The notes under the pieces were generated by a model. It was not told the DNA's origin, searched no databases, and saw only the letters and a list, made by a program, of their open reading frames with translations. Position numbers and translations under genes: made by a program. From NCBI GenBank assembly GCA_963643255.1, contig CAVIIW010000008.1, positions 8,553 to 72,552 on the forward strand: 64,000 nucleotides of DNA, read 5' to 3'. Below are positions 19,147 to 30,448 of this stretch, piece by piece. The stretch's first letter is position 1. Each line of letters opens with the position of its first letter. This stretch comes from Candidatus Methanomethylophilaceae archaeon (GTDB lineage: Archaea > Thermoplasmatota > Thermoplasmata > Methanomassiliicoccales > Methanomethylophilaceae).

Positions 19147-22100
19147 CTCAAATCCTCCAGCTGGAGCCTCATGGCGACACCGAGGGACAGAAGTTCGTCC
19201 ATCAGCAGTTTGAATGCATAGGATGTCTGCACGAGGTAGATGTTGGTGTTCTCTTTACATACAGGACAGTAGAGCGATCCGCGCTTGTCCATGATTGCGA
19301 TATGTCCGCACTTGGGGTTTCCGCAGACGTACTGCTGCGTACCGTCCGATTCGTCGAGGAGACGGTCTTTGATGACCATTGCCGCTCCGTGTCCGATAAG
19401 ACAGTCACGCTCCATCTCTCCGAACCTGAGACCTCCCTGCCTGGAACGTCCCTCGGTCGGCTGACGTGTGAGTATCTGCACAGGTCCTCTCGACCTGAAG
19501 TGCATCTTTCCGCTGACCATGTGGTGAAGCTTCTCGTAGAAGATCACTCCTGTGTAAACGTCTGTCTGAATCTTACGTCCGGTCCTTCCGTCGTACATGA
19601 CCTCCTTACCGGTGCGCTTGAATCCGTTTCTGACGAGTCCGTCACGGATTGAATCTTCCCTCTCTCCGGAGAAAACAGTACCGTCGATGGTGCGTCCCTC
19701 CATTGCTCCGACCTTACCGCCGATCATCTCAAGGACGTGGGCGATGGTCATACGCGAAGGAATACCGTGGGGGTTGACGACGAGATCGGGTGTGATTCCG
19801 TCTGCGGTGAAGGGCATGTTCTCCTGGCTGACGAGCCTTCCGACAACTCCCTTCTGTCCGTGCCTTGAACAGAACTTGTCTCCGAGTTCGGGGATTCTCT
19901 GATCCCTTACTTTCACACGGACAAGCCTCGAACCGTTTTCGGATTCTGTGATCATAACTGAATCGACGTATCCGAGTTCTCCGGGCCTGACGGTGACGGA
20001 TGTTTCCCTCCTCTTCTGAGGTGTGAGGAAGTCTGTACCTTCCTCGTGGAACCTGGGGGGCGATGTCTTACCGATCAGAACATCCGAACCGTGGATTTCG
20101 GACTCGGGTGAAATGAGACCGTCCTCACCGAGTGAGGCATATGCAAGATCCGCACGTGCACCCATTACGTCGGGCGAGGGGATTTCGAAGTGATCCTCTT
20201 CTCCTCCGGGGTAACGGCGCTCTTCCGCGCGGTATGTCCTCATGAAGGTAGATCTTCCCAATCCTCTCTGAACGGAGGATTTGTTCATAACGAGAGCATC
20301 TTCGATGTTGTATCCGTGGTATGAAAGAACGGCGATACAGAAGTTCTGACCTGCCGGCCTGTGGTTGTATCCCATGAATTCCATGGTCTGTGTCTGTACC
20401 ATGGGCTTCTGCGGGTAGTGGAGCAGGTGACCGCGTGTATCGGGTCTGATACGGTAGTTCGCTGCGGGTACTCCGAGTGCCTGTTTGGCCATTGCCGCAC
20501 CCAAAGTCACACGAGGTGATGAGTTGTGCTCGGGGTACGGAACGAGACCTGCTGCGACACCGAGGATGACCATCGGGTCGATTTCCATGTGGGTGTGCTC
20601 TTCCGTGAGTTTGCAGGGAACGGTGAATTCTTCGTTGCAGTGACAGCATTTGAGAACTGCATCTCCCTCTTTACCGGGGTTCATCCAGTCGACGTCTGTA
20701 GGTGACAGAGCGGCACCGCAGTGCTCGCATCTTCTGGGGACGTCGTATGCATCGACGGCGATGAAAGTGTCTTCCTCTTCCTCTGCGTCAATCCATTCCA
20801 TGATTCCCTCTCTGAAGAGATCTTCCCATCTGACTCTGTGGTCCCTGATTCCTTCGAGGTGTTTTCTCGTAAGGACGGTCTTTCCGTCTTTGACAACGAG
20901 GAGAGGCCTTCTGAGACGTCCTTCGTCGCAGTTGATGTATGCCTCTTTCATGTTCTCATTGTAACGGATGTTGATCTCATCGGAGAGAATTCCGCATCTT
21001 CTCCTCTCACGTACTTCGGAGACGAGTTTCTTGGGATCCTCGTGGCTTCCGACGAGGTCTCCGTTCACGAAGATACGTGCGCCCTGCTGTGAAACAGGTG
21101 TAAGTCCCAGATCCCTGAGCATCCACTTGGCATCGGTCTCGGGGAATCCTTTGGAGACGTTGATAATCAGTGCCGCGTTCTTGACCAGACCGCAGTTCTG
21201 ACCTTCGGGTGTCTCCGACGGACAGAGTCTTCCCCACTGTGTGGGGTGAAGATCACGGGCCTCGAAGTGAGGCTGGCTTCTTGTAAGTGACGATGTGATT
21301 CTTCTCAGGTGCGACATAGCGGACATGTTGGATGTCCTGTCGAGCAGCTGAGATACACCTGCGCGTCCTCCGACCCAGTTTCCTGTGGCCAATGCGTGCA
21401 GAAGCTTGTGTGTCAGAAGGTCGGGACGGATTGACGAAGAAATTCTGATTTCCTCTCTCTTTCTTCCCCAGTTCCTCTCAAGCTGGTACTTCAGGTCTTT
21501 CATGAGACCGTTGAGGCTTGTTCTGAAGAGGTCTTCCATAAGATCTCCGGAAAGTTTGAGCCTCTTGTTGGCGTAGTGATCCTTATCGTCCTCTTTCCTG
21601 ATTCCGAGCGAAAGCTCCAGGACGGAACGTGCGATACGGCCGAGGAAGATTGCCTTCTTAAGACGGTCTTCTTCTGTATCTCCGAGGTGCGGGAGCAATG
21701 AACGGTCGAGAATACTCTCGACTTTCTTGGTCCTGTACTCTTTTGCCTGACCTGCAGCGAAGTTCCTCTCGAGGAATGCGATTGCGTCATCCCTTGTGTG
21801 GAATCCGTTGGGTGCGTAGGTCTTCTTGTCGTAACTGTTCTCGATGTTGGCGTAGATGATGTTCGCCATCTCGGGTGTGGAAGCGATGGATTCGAAGATT
21901 TCCTGATCCGATTCCATTCCGAGTGCTTTCATGAGTGCGACGAGCGGGATTGAACCCGAAACGACGGGAACGGAAACCATGACCATTCCGTCTTTCTTCT
22001 TTTCGACAAGTGTCAGTGCACGGTAACCTTCCCTCTGTGAGAAGACTTTTGCAACTTCCACTGCCGCACCGTATTTCTCGCTGTACTCGACCATAACTCT

Positions 22101-22730
22101 GTTAGGTGCGAGATCTTCGAGTGTGATGAGAGCCCTCTCGGTACCTCCGATGATGAAGTATCCTCCGGGATCTCTTGTATCTTCTTTGTTTTCAATAAGG
22201 AACTGCTGATATTCCTCTTCCGAAATTTCACGTTCCGAGGATGCCTGGAAGACTTCCCTGTTAAGGTTGCATCCGTTTGATTTGACCATCATGGGGAGGT
22301 CTCCGACGTGGACCCTCTCCGTTTCCTTGTCGATACCGTCTTCCATAAGTGTGAAGTCGATATAGACAGGCGCCATGTAGTTGAGGTTCCTGAGCCTCGC
22401 TTCCATGGGTGTGAGGTCGTGGCTGTAACCGTTTGCTTCCATGACCTTAGGACGCTCGACGGAAATGGTAGGTTTGGCGTGGATATCGATGTTACCCTCG
22501 TCGTTTCTCTTCCTTCCGATACGGATTGCGATGTTCCTTCCGCCGACATGCTCCGGGTCCAGTTTGATGATTCCGCGGTAGGCATCATCGGTGGGGACCC
22601 TCATGTCATCCACAATCTTCTGCATCCTGCTGTTGGGATTGTCCTTAGTCGCAAGGAAATCGTTGAAAGATGCGATATGGTGGTTGACGATGGTACGTTC
22701 CTCGAAGTATAATTTTACTAAATCCCTCAT
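19143..22730 (-). CDS. rpoB: DNA-directed RNA polymerase subunit B (unsplit)
   Basis: 1195 aa with [28 protein letters not shown] and a C-terminal Zn ribbon (CGNPKCGH...CPVC). Confidence 0.95.
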   Translation of the reverse strand: MRDLVKLYFEERTIVNHHIASFNDFLATKDNPNSRMQKIVDDMRVPTDDAYRGIIKLDPEHVGGRNIAIRIGRKRNDEGNIDIHAKPTISVERPKVMEANGYSHDLTPMEARLRNLNYMAPVYIDFTLMEDGIDKETERVHVGDLPMMVKSNGCNLNREVFQASSEREISEEEYQQFLIENKEDTRDPGGYFIIGGTERALITLEDLAPNRVMVEYSEKYGAAVEVAKVFSQREGYRALTLVEKKKDGMVMVSVPVVSGSIPLVALMKALGMESDQEIFESIASTPEMANIIYANIENSYDKKTYAPNGFHTRDDAIAFLERNFAAGQAKEYRTKKVESILDRSLLPHLGDTEEDRLKKAIFLGRIARSVLELSLGIRKEDDKDHYANKRLKLSGDLMEDLFRTSLNGLMKDLKYQLERNWGRKREEIRISSSIRPDLLTHKLLHALATGNWVGGRAGVSQLLDRTSNMSAMSHLRRITSSLTRSQPHFEARDLHPTQWGRLCPSETPEGQNCGLVKNAALIINVSKGFPETDAKWMLRDLGLTPVSQQGARIFVNGDLVGSHEDPKKLVSEVRERRRCGILSDEINIRYNENMKEAYINCDEGRLRRPLLVVKDGKTVLTRKHLEGIRDHRVRWEDLFREGIMEWIDAEEEEDTFIAVDAYDVPRRCEHCGAALSPTDVDWMNPGKEGDAVLKCCHCNEEFTVPCKLTEEHTHMEIDPMVILGVAAGLVPYPEHNSSPRVTLGAAMAKQALGVPAANYRIRPDTRGHLLHYPQKPMVQTQTMEFMGYNHRPAGQNFCIAVLSYHGYNIEDALVMNKSSVQRGLGRSTFMRTYRAEERRYPGGEEDHFEIPSPDVMGARADLAYASLGEDGLISPESEIHGSDVLIGKTSPPRFHEEGTDFLTPQKRRETSVTVRPGELGYVDSVMITESENGSRLVRVKVRDQRIPELGDKFCSRHGQKGVVGRLVSQENMPFTADGITPDLVVNPHGIPSRMTIAHVLEMIGGKVGAMEGRTIDGTVFSGEREDSIRDGLVRNGFKRTGKEVMYDGRTGRKIQTDVYTGVIFYEKLHHMVSGKMHFRSRGPVQILTRQPTEGRSRQGGLRFGEMERDCLIGHGAAMVIKDRLLDESDGTQQYVCGNPKCGHIAIMDKRGSLYCPVCKENTNIYLVQTSYAFKLLMDELLSLGVAMRLQLEDLR

Positions 22731-22744
22731 CAGTAGTCAGCCCC

Positions 22745-23032
22745 TTATAATACAACCAGCCTGTAAGCGACGAATTCCTCCGCCGTGCTGCTCTTCCTAA
22801 TGACCTTGATAACACGTCCTGCTTCGATCGGACCGTTAATGTTTTCCAGAACTCTGATTGCCGCATCGCTCTTCTTGATTTTCGGAAGCTGGTCGCGGGT
22901 GATTTTCAGTTCGCTGAAAATCACTTCCGTTTCTTCCTCGGTCAATAGAACATGCTCGGGAACCAGGTCATGCTGGAGAACATTGAATGAGATATTCTCT
23001 GCTGCCAAGTTTTCACCTACATTTTGCCCCAC
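22745..23032 (-). CDS. rpoH: DNA-directed RNA polymerase subunit H (Rpo5)
   Basis: FNVLQHDLVPEHVLLTEEE...LPKIKKSDAAIR...VIKVIRKS...AYRLVV is an RpoH pattern. The track start at 23032 is a GTG, and a TTG at about 23008 is an alternative. Confidence 0.88.
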   Translation of the reverse strand: MGQNVGENLAAENISFNVLQHDLVPEHVLLTEEETEVIFSELKITRDQLPKIKKSDAAIRVLENINGPIEAGRVIKVIRKSSTAEEFVAYRLVVL

Positions 23033-23129
23033 TGAAGGTCAGTGGGAAACCATTGAGAAAATTCAAAAGACCATTCATTCGATTTTCCTCATACTTGATC
23101 CGCTTTCGATCGCTCATGAAGACCACCGG

Positions 23130-23203
23130 CGGGCCTGAAGGGATTCGAACCCTTGACCACCTGATTAAAAGTCAGATGCTCTACCTAGCTGAGCTACAGG
23201 CCC
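23130..23203 (-). tRNA. tRNA-Lys (anticodon TTT)
   Basis: The reverse complement is GGGCCTGTAGCTCAGCTAGGTAGAGCATCTGACTTTTAATCAGGTGGTCAAGGGTTCGAATCCCTTCAGGCCC. It folds by hand into a cloverleaf with a 7-bp acceptor stem, anticodon loop CTTTTAA and T-loop TTCGAAT. CCA is not encoded. Confidence 0.92.
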
Positions 23204-23415
23204 TTTGGATAGCTTAAGCTTCGTAAACGCTCCGATTACATCCCCCTATATAATACTTTCCAGGCGCCCGAACACACTGTTTCCGGAAATCGTACCTAAA
23301 CGGGTTCCGGAAGGCATATTCGCACGCCGACGGCGGGACATCCGGCGCCGGTTACGTTCTTACGCAATACCGTGCATTACAATCAATCAAATAAACGTAT
23401 CCCTTTACCGCAGGT

Positions 23416-25626
23416 ATGGTTGACTCGGTAGAGCTGAAAGTCGCAACCGCATTGATGAAATCCGAGGCCGGTTTCGGAAGGGTCAGGATAGATTCCGCAT
23501 CGTTCAGGAAACTCGGTGTGCAGATGGGTGATGTCGTCGAAATTGTGGGAAAACGCTCCGCCGTAGCCAAAGTCATGAAAGGCGCCATCGACGATGAGGG
23601 AAAAGGACTCATCCGTATGGACGGAATCACAAGATCCAACGCCGGTGCGGCGGTGGATGAAAACGTACGCGTGAGAAAAGCAGAAGCGGTTCCCGCGGAA
23701 AAAGTTGTGATTTCTCCCACGGGAATACCTGCGGGAAAGAAAATTACGTTCAGAGAAGGTACGGATGAAATCTTCAAAAACGGTCTGATGAACAGGCCCG
23801 TTCTGAAGGATAATGAAATTGTTGTTCCCAACATCGCACTTATGGGCGCATTGGTTCAGTTCAAAGTTATCACCACTGTTCCCACGGGAATAGTTTATGT
23901 CGACGGCAGTACCGAACTTACAATCAAAGAAACGGCAGCCGGAGAAAAGACGGAAGAAGAATTCACGAGTCAGGTATCTTACGAAGATATCGGAGGTCTT
24001 GAAGACGAATTGAGAAGAATAAGGGAAATGATCGAACTTCCGATTAAACATCCCGAACTTTTCGACCGTCTGGGTATTTCCGCACCGAAAGGAGTTCTGC
24101 TTTACGGCCCTCCGGGTACAGGTAAGACATTGATTGCCAAAGCCGTGGCGAAAGAATCGGGTGCGTCGTTCTTCTCGATTCAGGGCCCGGAAATTATGGG
24201 AAGTTACTACGGTCAGTCCGAGGAACGTTTAAGAAAAGTGTTCGAAAAAGCCGAAGAGGCTGCACCGAGTATTGTGTTCATCGATGAAATCGATTCAATC
24301 GCACCGAACAGGAACGACGTGAGCGGCGAAGTCGAAAGACGTGTCGTGGCTCAGTTACTGACATTGATGGACGGTCTGTCCGGAAGAGGAGACGTTATCG
24401 TTATCGCGGCAACAAACAGAGAAGAATCCATCGATCCCGCACTGAGAAGGCCGGGAAGATTCGACCGTGAGATTGAGATAGGTATTCCGGGAAGGGAAGG
24501 AAGAAAGGATATTCTTGCCGTTCACCTGAGATCCATGCCTTTGGATGAAGACGTTTCAACGGAAAAATTGGCTAATCTGACACAGGGATTCGTAGGCGCG
24601 GATCTTGCGGCATTGGCAAGAGAAGCGGCGATGAAATGTCTTACGAGAAACCTCATGAGCCTCGATTTGGATAAACCGATTCCTCACAACACGCTTATGG
24701 CTATGCGTGTGAACATGAACGATTTCATGAACGCTTTAACCGAAGTGGAACCCAGCGGAATGAGAGAAGTTATTGTGGATATTCCCAAAGTCGAATGGTC
24801 CGACGTAGGCGGATTGGACAGCGTAAGGAAAGAAATCTGCGAATCGTTCATTCCGACCGAAGGAAGGAGAGCTTACGAACATCTGGGAATCAAACCTCCG
24901 AGAGGAGTTCTGCTTTACGGCCCTCCCGGAACGGGAAAGACACTGATTGCGAAAGCTGTAGCCAACGAATCGGGATCCAATTTCATATGTGTGAACGGAC
25001 CGGAACTCACCAGCAAATGGATGGGTGAAAGCGAGAAAGCAGTAAGACAGATATTCAAACGTGCCAAACAGATGGCTCCGTGCATCATATTCTTCGACGA
25101 AATCGATTCGATAGCTCCGAGAAGAGGTTCGAAGACGGACAGTTCTTCGATTGAGAGAATGGTCAATCAGATTCTGACATCCATGGACGGGGTGGAAGGA
25201 TTGGAAAATGTTACCGTTATGGCGGCAACCAACAGGCCGGATATGCTTGATCCCGCATTACTCAGACCGGGAAGATTCGATAAGATGATCCTTATCGGAA
25301 AGCCGGATTTGGAAGGACGTCTCAGGATTCTTGAGATTCACACAAGAGATATGCCTCTGATGAATGTCGATTTGATTGACATTGCGGAAGCAACCGACGG
25401 ATACGTCGGTGCGGATTTACAGGCATTATGCAGGGAAGCGGGAATGGCGGCATACCGTGAGAATCCCGATGCGAGATATGTCGAAAAGAGGCATTTCAAT
25501 ACTGCATTGAGTCTCATAAAACCGTCAGTGGACCCGAAAGTTATGGATGAATATGCAGCAATGGCGCAGGAAATGAAAAAAAGGAAAACATCCAATGACA
25601 GTATACCGTTCTGGACGGTGATGTAA
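23416..25626 (+). CDS. cdc48: CDC48/VCP-like AAA+ ATPase (VAT)
   Basis: A double-psi-barrel N-domain is followed by two AAA modules, each with [15 protein letters not shown] and a Walker B (IVFIDEID / IIFFDEID). The protein is 736 aa. Confidence 0.93.
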   Translation: MVDSVELKVATALMKSEAGFGRVRIDSASFRKLGVQMGDVVEIVGKRSAVAKVMKGAIDDEGKGLIRMDGITRSNAGAAVDENVRVRKAEAVPAEKVVISPTGIPAGKKITFREGTDEIFKNGLMNRPVLKDNEIVVPNIALMGALVQFKVITTVPTGIVYVDGSTELTIKETAAGEKTEEEFTSQVSYEDIGGLEDELRRIREMIELPIKHPELFDRLGISAPKGVLLYGPPGTGKTLIAKAVAKESGASFFSIQGPEIMGSYYGQSEERLRKVFEKAEEAAPSIVFIDEIDSIAPNRNDVSGEVERRVVAQLLTLMDGLSGRGDVIVIAATNREESIDPALRRPGRFDREIEIGIPGREGRKDILAVHLRSMPLDEDVSTEKLANLTQGFVGADLAALAREAAMKCLTRNLMSLDLDKPIPHNTLMAMRVNMNDFMNALTEVEPSGMREVIVDIPKVEWSDVGGLDSVRKEICESFIPTEGRRAYEHLGIKPPRGVLLYGPPGTGKTLIAKAVANESGSNFICVNGPELTSKWMGESEKAVRQIFKRAKQMAPCIIFFDEIDSIAPRRGSKTDSSSIERMVNQILTSMDGVEGLENVTVMAATNRPDMLDPALLRPGRFDKMILIGKPDLEGRLRILEIHTRDMPLMNVDLIDIAEATDGYVGADLQALCREAGMAAYRENPDARYVEKRHFNTALSLIKPSVDPKVMDEYAAMAQEMKKRKTSNDSIPFWTVM

Positions 25627-25865
25627 TGTCGTCTGAAATATTTTCATCCGAAATAATAGGAAAAGTGGCAATGACAAACGGGGGATACCCCGTCGGAACG
25701 ATAGTCGATGTAGTGTTCGACACCGCAACCGGAGAAATGAAGTATCTGCTTGTCAACGCCTCATCGATACCGAAGGATTCGTACGATCTCGACGAACGCG
25801 GACGTGCGATTATTTCATTCAACAAAATCAAAATTACAGACAAGAATGTAGTCTTCTCAAAGTGA
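25626..25865 (+). CDS. Small PRC-barrel domain protein
   Basis: 79 aa with the pattern IIGKVAMTNGGYPVGTIVDVVFDTATGEMKYLLV, typical of PRC-barrel proteins. The start overlaps the cdc48 stop. Confidence 0.6.
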   Translation: MSSEIFSSEIIGKVAMTNGGYPVGTIVDVVFDTATGEMKYLLVNASSIPKDSYDLDERGRAIISFNKIKITDKNVVFSK

Positions 25866-27401
25866 GAGATTCTTGACCATGTACGGTTTTTCAAGAGAAT
25901 AACCGAGCATTCTGTAGTATCCTCTGACACCTACACCTGCGGTTATTCTGATTCTGTTTTTGCTGTTTGACAATGCGATGCGCTCGGCTTCCGCAACAAG
26001 TTCGCGTCCGAAACCGCGGTGCTGCCAATCCTCACCGTCCGTTCCGATTTCCGCCATCTTACCGAAAACTTTGAGTTCTCTCACTGTGGCACAATCCGTA
26101 TCATCGATTCTGAGACGGATGTAACCTATGAGGGAATCTTCGCACGTAAGATTGATGAAATGTTCCCTTCCGTTCGATGCATCGTATTCGAGATCGTTCA
26201 TCTTTATTTCCGATCTTTCCGTAAGAGAAATGTCGTTATGGCCGACTTCTCTGCATCTGATACATCTGCACTGTCTTCCCGTAGCCTGAAGCCTGTCGTG
26301 TACAAGCTGACGGATGTTGCTCTTGAGAATGCCTGCTGCAATCTGATCCGCAGGAATATCACGCTGAATTCTCTGAATTCTGACGTATTCCGGAACAATA
26401 GATTTCATGTCGGCGAGGAGTTCCGTTGCTTTTTCCACATCGTACGGTTCGTATTCTCCGTTCTTCCACATGTCGTAGAGTTTTGTTCCTCCGACGACCA
26501 ATGTAGTATAGAATTTCAGCATATCGGGTCTGAATCTCGGATCGTCGAACACTTTCCTGAAACATTTCATATCATTCTCGGGATTAGAACCGGGAAGACC
26601 GGGCATCATGTGATAGCATATCTTCAGTCCGTGGTCTTTGCATCTCTGTGTGCATTCCACGGTTTCTTTCACACCGTGACCGCGTTCTACGGCTTTGAGA
26701 ATATCATCGTCGAGAATCTGCACTCCCAGTTCCACCCTCGTCGCTCCCAGTGAAAGGGAACGATCTATCTGTATGTCGTCAAAAACATCGGGACGTGTTT
26801 CTACGGTAAGACCCACACATCTGTGTTCCGCTGTTTCATTCCACTCGTGTGCCGTATCGATATCGGGCGCATCACGTCCGTTCATGGCATCGAAACATCT
26901 CTTCACGAACCATGTCTGATAATCCTCTTCGCGGGACGTAAACGTCCCGCCCATGATTATCAAGTCGATTTTATCTGTAATGTGACCGATTGCTTCCAGC
27001 TGGGTTATCCTGTCGGTAACCTGCATATACGGATCGAATTCGTTCCTTGCGGCACGTCTCGCCGCAGGTTCTTTACCTGTATAGGATTGAGGAGAATTGT
27101 TCTCCACTCCCCCGGGACAGTACATACATTTTCCGTGAGGGCAAGGGTGCGGAGAAGTCATCACCGCAACAACGGCGACACCGCTGAGAGTCCTCATCGG
27201 TTTCTTCAGAAGGAAAGGAACGACTTTCTTCTTCTCTTCCTCTCTGACATATTTCAGAATCTCGGAATTCGGAAGGACTGTGTCCAATCCGAATTTCTTA
27301 CAGGCTTTCACCTTGACATCCTGGAACTTATCCCTGTCGGTGACAGAACCGTCGAGTATCTTCCCGATGAGATACCTGCTGAATTCTTCTGTAGGATTCA
27401 T
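25857..27401 (-). CDS. elp3: Elp3-type radical SAM/GNAT tRNA modification enzyme
   Basis: A radical SAM cluster region (CPHGKCMYCPGG) and a C-terminal GNAT (QHRGFGRELVAEAE) in 514 aa. Confidence 0.9.
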   Translation of the reverse strand: MNPTEEFSRYLIGKILDGSVTDRDKFQDVKVKACKKFGLDTVLPNSEILKYVREEEKKKVVPFLLKKPMRTLSGVAVVAVMTSPHPCPHGKCMYCPGGVENNSPQSYTGKEPAARRAARNEFDPYMQVTDRITQLEAIGHITDKIDLIIMGGTFTSREEDYQTWFVKRCFDAMNGRDAPDIDTAHEWNETAEHRCVGLTVETRPDVFDDIQIDRSLSLGATRVELGVQILDDDILKAVERGHGVKETVECTQRCKDHGLKICYHMMPGLPGSNPENDMKCFRKVFDDPRFRPDMLKFYTTLVVGGTKLYDMWKNGEYEPYDVEKATELLADMKSIVPEYVRIQRIQRDIPADQIAAGILKSNIRQLVHDRLQATGRQCRCIRCREVGHNDISLTERSEIKMNDLEYDASNGREHFINLTCEDSLIGYIRLRIDDTDCATVRELKVFGKMAEIGTDGEDWQHRGFGRELVAEAERIALSNSKNRIRITAGVGVRGYYRMLGYSLEKPYMVKNLSL

Positions 27402-27643
27402 CCGTAGTTCACATCGGATCTGACACGTTTACCGGCATCCGTTACACCGGGTTCGAGAACGTCTATCATGACAATCTGGGGAACGGGTATGAATCTCATC
27501 ATACCTCCTTCCAATTCCATAACAACGGCGGAATCGCCGCCTATGGCACAGTATCCCCTGAAAATACCTTCGGTATCATCCTCATCGGGTACTTTGACCC
27601 TGTATCTGCCGCCTACATTGAGTGTGAATTCACTGTCTGACAC
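27398..27643 (-). CDS. Hypothetical small protein (81 aa)
   Basis: The ORF has no antisense competitor of better quality. Its stop overlaps the elp3 start by 4 nt, which suggests coupling. I recognised no family. Confidence 0.5.
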   Translation of the reverse strand: MSDSEFTLNVGGRYRVKVPDEDDTEGIFRGYCAIGGDSAVVMELEGGMMRFIPVPQIVMIDVLEPGVTDAGKRVRSDVNYG

Positions 27644-27647
27644 TGCA

Positions 27648-28106
27648 TCATCCCTTCTTTTCGGAATCGACCAACGCCTGGAAATGCGCTACGGTTTTGC
27701 GGTAGTTTTCCATTGCCATGTTGACATTCGCTTCCGTAAAATTCCATGCTTTGGAGAGATCTCCGTATCTTATACGGTATCCCTTGCGGACCTGCCCGTC
27801 GAACTCCACATCCATACTCTCCAGGAGGTCCAATGACTTCAGTTTGTTCACATGTCTGTAGACCGTGGGTTTTGTCGTTGATAACAACGCAGCCAATTCC
27901 TCCACCGTCCATGCTTTGCTCATGTTCCTCATGAAATAATCCATGAAGAGACGGTAGGGGACACTGTCCCTGATCTCGGTAGCAGACGTTTTCGGATCGT
28001 ATCCTTTGGGGATATATCCGATCTGAATGAGGAAGGTCTCGGCGACGATATCGATATCGTCCACTGAACTCAGGGGAGTATTACTAACAACTTGGAGTTC
28101 GAACAT
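27648..28106 (-). CDS. Winged-helix (ArsR-like) transcriptional regulator
   Basis: WTVEELAALLSTTKPTVYRHVNKLKSLDLLES is an HTH plus wing pattern; the protein is 152 aa. Confidence 0.65.
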   Translation of the reverse strand: MFELQVVSNTPLSSVDDIDIVAETFLIQIGYIPKGYDPKTSATEIRDSVPYRLFMDYFMRNMSKAWTVEELAALLSTTKPTVYRHVNKLKSLDLLESMDVEFDGQVRKGYRIRYGDLSKAWNFTEANVNMAMENYRKTVAHFQALVDSEKKG

Positions 28107-28202
28107 TGAGTATCCTTTCCTTGTTACCCTGTGATAAGTAAAGGTGACTATTTAATTTATCATAAAAGAAGAAGGTTCGGAAGGATACTCCGCACGGAAT
28201 TA

Positions 28203-28721
28203 TCATCCGTACAGGTCCTTCTTGACCTCTTCCACCGCACGCAGAATACTCTGCGAAGGTATTGCGGGTTTTACGGGAATCGATACAATCTTTTCGACAG
28301 TAGGTGTAACGATAGGTGCGCATACGATTGCCAATGCACCGTCGCGTTCCGCCCTTACCGCTGCGATGATTGCGTCTTCCACCGTAGCGACGGGGTAATC
28401 CCTCAGAACCACGGGACGTCCGTCGACATCTACGCTTCTGTCGAGATTCTGTAAAACTTCGTGCGAAGCGATGATTGCGATGTAATCGTCCGAATTTGGT
28501 TCCATCAGACTTTTTACGGCTTTGAAGACAGCCCTTACGGTACGGAGATTGGGTTCTCTCTTGTCTTCAAGCATCTTGTACATCGTACTCTGGGATATGC
28601 CTGCGACGTGACAGAATTCGTTCACCGTAATTTCCAATTCGTTCTCGAGCATCTCTCTGAGGGCTTTCTGGAAACCGCCCTCTTCTTTGAGCATTCCCGA
28701 GATAAGATCGTTTATCGGCAT
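28203..28721 (-). CDS. HTH (XRE-like) regulator with an uncharacterised C-terminal domain
   Basis: The N-terminal part ...VNEFCHVAGISQSTMYKMLEDKREPNLRTV is an HTH. It is the last gene of the trx operon, 2 nt after the trxB-like stop. Confidence 0.6.
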   Translation of the reverse strand: MPINDLISGMLKEEGGFQKALREMLENELEITVNEFCHVAGISQSTMYKMLEDKREPNLRTVRAVFKAVKSLMEPNSDDYIAIIASHEVLQNLDRSVDVDGRPVVLRDYPVATVEDAIIAAVRAERDGALAIVCAPIVTPTVEKIVSIPVKPAIPSQSILRAVEEVKKDLYG

Positions 28722-28722
28722 C

Positions 28723-29616
28723 TTACAGACCTCTTACGTAATCGGCTGCAGATATTCCCGCCACTGCACCTTCTCCTACGGCTTTTGCAACCTGCCACGG
28801 TTTTCCCGTGACATCGCCGCATGCAAACACGCCTTTTTCGGATGTGGCACAGTTGCGGTCTACCTTTATCGTGTCGTCGATTTCGGGCATGACATCCAAA
28901 TCCATTGCCAAATCAACCGAAGATTTTGCACCCAATTCGATAAAAACACCGTCTGTGGAAATCTTCCTTCCCGATGAAAGAGTAATTCCTGTAACTCTGC
29001 TTTCTCCGTCTATTGTTGCGACTGAATCTTCGATATCTTCGACACCTGCGGATACGGCTTTTTTAACGACGGTTTCGGAAGCTTTCAAGCTTCCGTGTAC
29101 CCAATATGTCTTCGAGGCGTAGCGTGTCATGAGTTCCGCGGAGACTGCGGCCTCAGTATCGTCACCGACAATGGTTACGACACGTCCTTTGTAGAAGTTG
29201 CAGTCGCATGATGCGCAGTAGCTCACGCCTTTTCCGAAGAATTCCTTCTCCCCGGGAACATTCAGTTTCTTTCTGCTGATTCCCGTGGCGATGATTACAG
29301 CAGACGTATCGATTACGTCTCCGTTTTCAGTGGTAATTCTGAATCCGTTTCCGGTTTTTTCGGTTGCTGTGACGTTGCAGTTCATATGCACACAGCCGAA
29401 AGACTTTGCCTGTTCCAGGCCGTCCTTCAGCATCTGCAGTCCGTCCGTTTTTCCGGGAACGCCGAAATAATTTTCGATATGGGTTCCGTCCATCGCGCTT
29501 CCGTCGGGTCTTCCGATCATTATCACGGAGACTTTCTTCCTCGAAGCGTGAATCGCAGCCTGTATTCCCGCAGGACCTGCACCCATGATGACTACGTCTG
29601 CATTCATCTCATGCAC
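28723..29616 (-). CDS. Low-molecular-weight thioredoxin reductase-like flavoprotein (NADPH motifs absent)
   Basis: The FAD motif GAGPAG and the redox CxxC (CASCDC) are present. The NADPH motifs are replaced: GGGNSA becomes VGDDTEA, and HRRxxxR becomes HGSLKAS. Confidence 0.8.
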   Translation of the reverse strand: MHEMNADVVIMGAGPAGIQAAIHASRKKVSVIMIGRPDGSAMDGTHIENYFGVPGKTDGLQMLKDGLEQAKSFGCVHMNCNVTATEKTGNGFRITTENGDVIDTSAVIIATGISRKKLNVPGEKEFFGKGVSYCASCDCNFYKGRVVTIVGDDTEAAVSAELMTRYASKTYWVHGSLKASETVVKKAVSAGVEDIEDSVATIDGESRVTGITLSSGRKISTDGVFIELGAKSSVDLAMDLDVMPEIDDTIKVDRNCATSEKGVFACGDVTGKPWQVAKAVGEGAVAGISAADYVRGL

Positions 29617-30280
29617 CGAGAATCATGTCTCTCAGGACTTCCGCGGTACGTTCCTGGTTGTAACCGACGATTGTACCGACCTGTTTCCCGTTCTTGAACA
29701 CAAGGAGTGCGGGAATGGATTGGATGTTGAAACTCAGGGAGACTCCGGGGTTCTGATCCACGTTGAGTTTTCCCACTGCGATATCGTCCTGAGAAATCTC
29801 CGCCAGTTTTTCGATGACGGGGCCCATTCTGAGACAGGGTTTGCACCAGGGCGCCCAGCAGTCGACGAGAGCGTAGTCTTTGCTTTTGACGAATTCATTG
29901 AATGTTGCATCCGTCACAGTTGCGGCGAAGTGTACTTCCTCTTCCTTCTTTGCCGCACCTTCGATCATTCCGCAGTCTGCGAGAATTGCGAGAATATCTT
30001 CCTTGGGTCTGAGACCGACAAGGGGATCCATCAGAATTTTGTCTTTGAAAATCAGAAGTGTGGGAATTGCCTCAATACCGAATCTTGCCGAGATTCCGGG
30101 TGATTCGTCGGTGTTGAGCTTGGCTACAGCTACCTTTCCTTCCAATTCTTTGGACAGATCTTCTATTATCGGACCCATTCTTCTGCACGGGCCGCACCAG
30201 GGCGCCCAGCAGTCGATGAGTACGAATTTGTTGTTCTCTACGAAGCTGTCGAAATCGGATTCATTCAATTCGGTGACCAT
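29609..30280 (-). CDS. Tandem (double) thioredoxin
   Basis: Two complete Trx folds, each with a WCxPC site (WAPWCGPC and WAPWCKPC). The protein is 223 aa and overlaps the reductase start by 8 nt. Confidence 0.85.
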   Translation of the reverse strand: MVTELNESDFDSFVENNKFVLIDCWAPWCGPCRRMGPIIEDLSKELEGKVAVAKLNTDESPGISARFGIEAIPTLLIFKDKILMDPLVGLRPKEDILAILADCGMIEGAAKKEEEVHFAATVTDATFNEFVKSKDYALVDCWAPWCKPCLRMGPVIEKLAEISQDDIAVGKLNVDQNPGVSLSFNIQSIPALLVFKNGKQVGTIVGYNQERTAEVLRDMILGA

Positions 30281-30448
30281 AGGATACCTCTCTGCTATCG
30301 GGGACAGTGATTATACTATTAGGATAAAATGATAATGCGGTTACGGATACATCCGTTGCCGACGGTACGGAATTGAAAAGACTGTCGTGAGACACACGTT
30401 ACAGGATAATGTTTTATCATCGTCTGTCTCTATGCAGTAAACGGTAAT

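Noticed and set aside
23352-24051. 160-aa and 222-aa minus-strand ORFs
   Set aside because: Both are antisense to the N-terminal part of cdc48 and have a non-protein-like composition.
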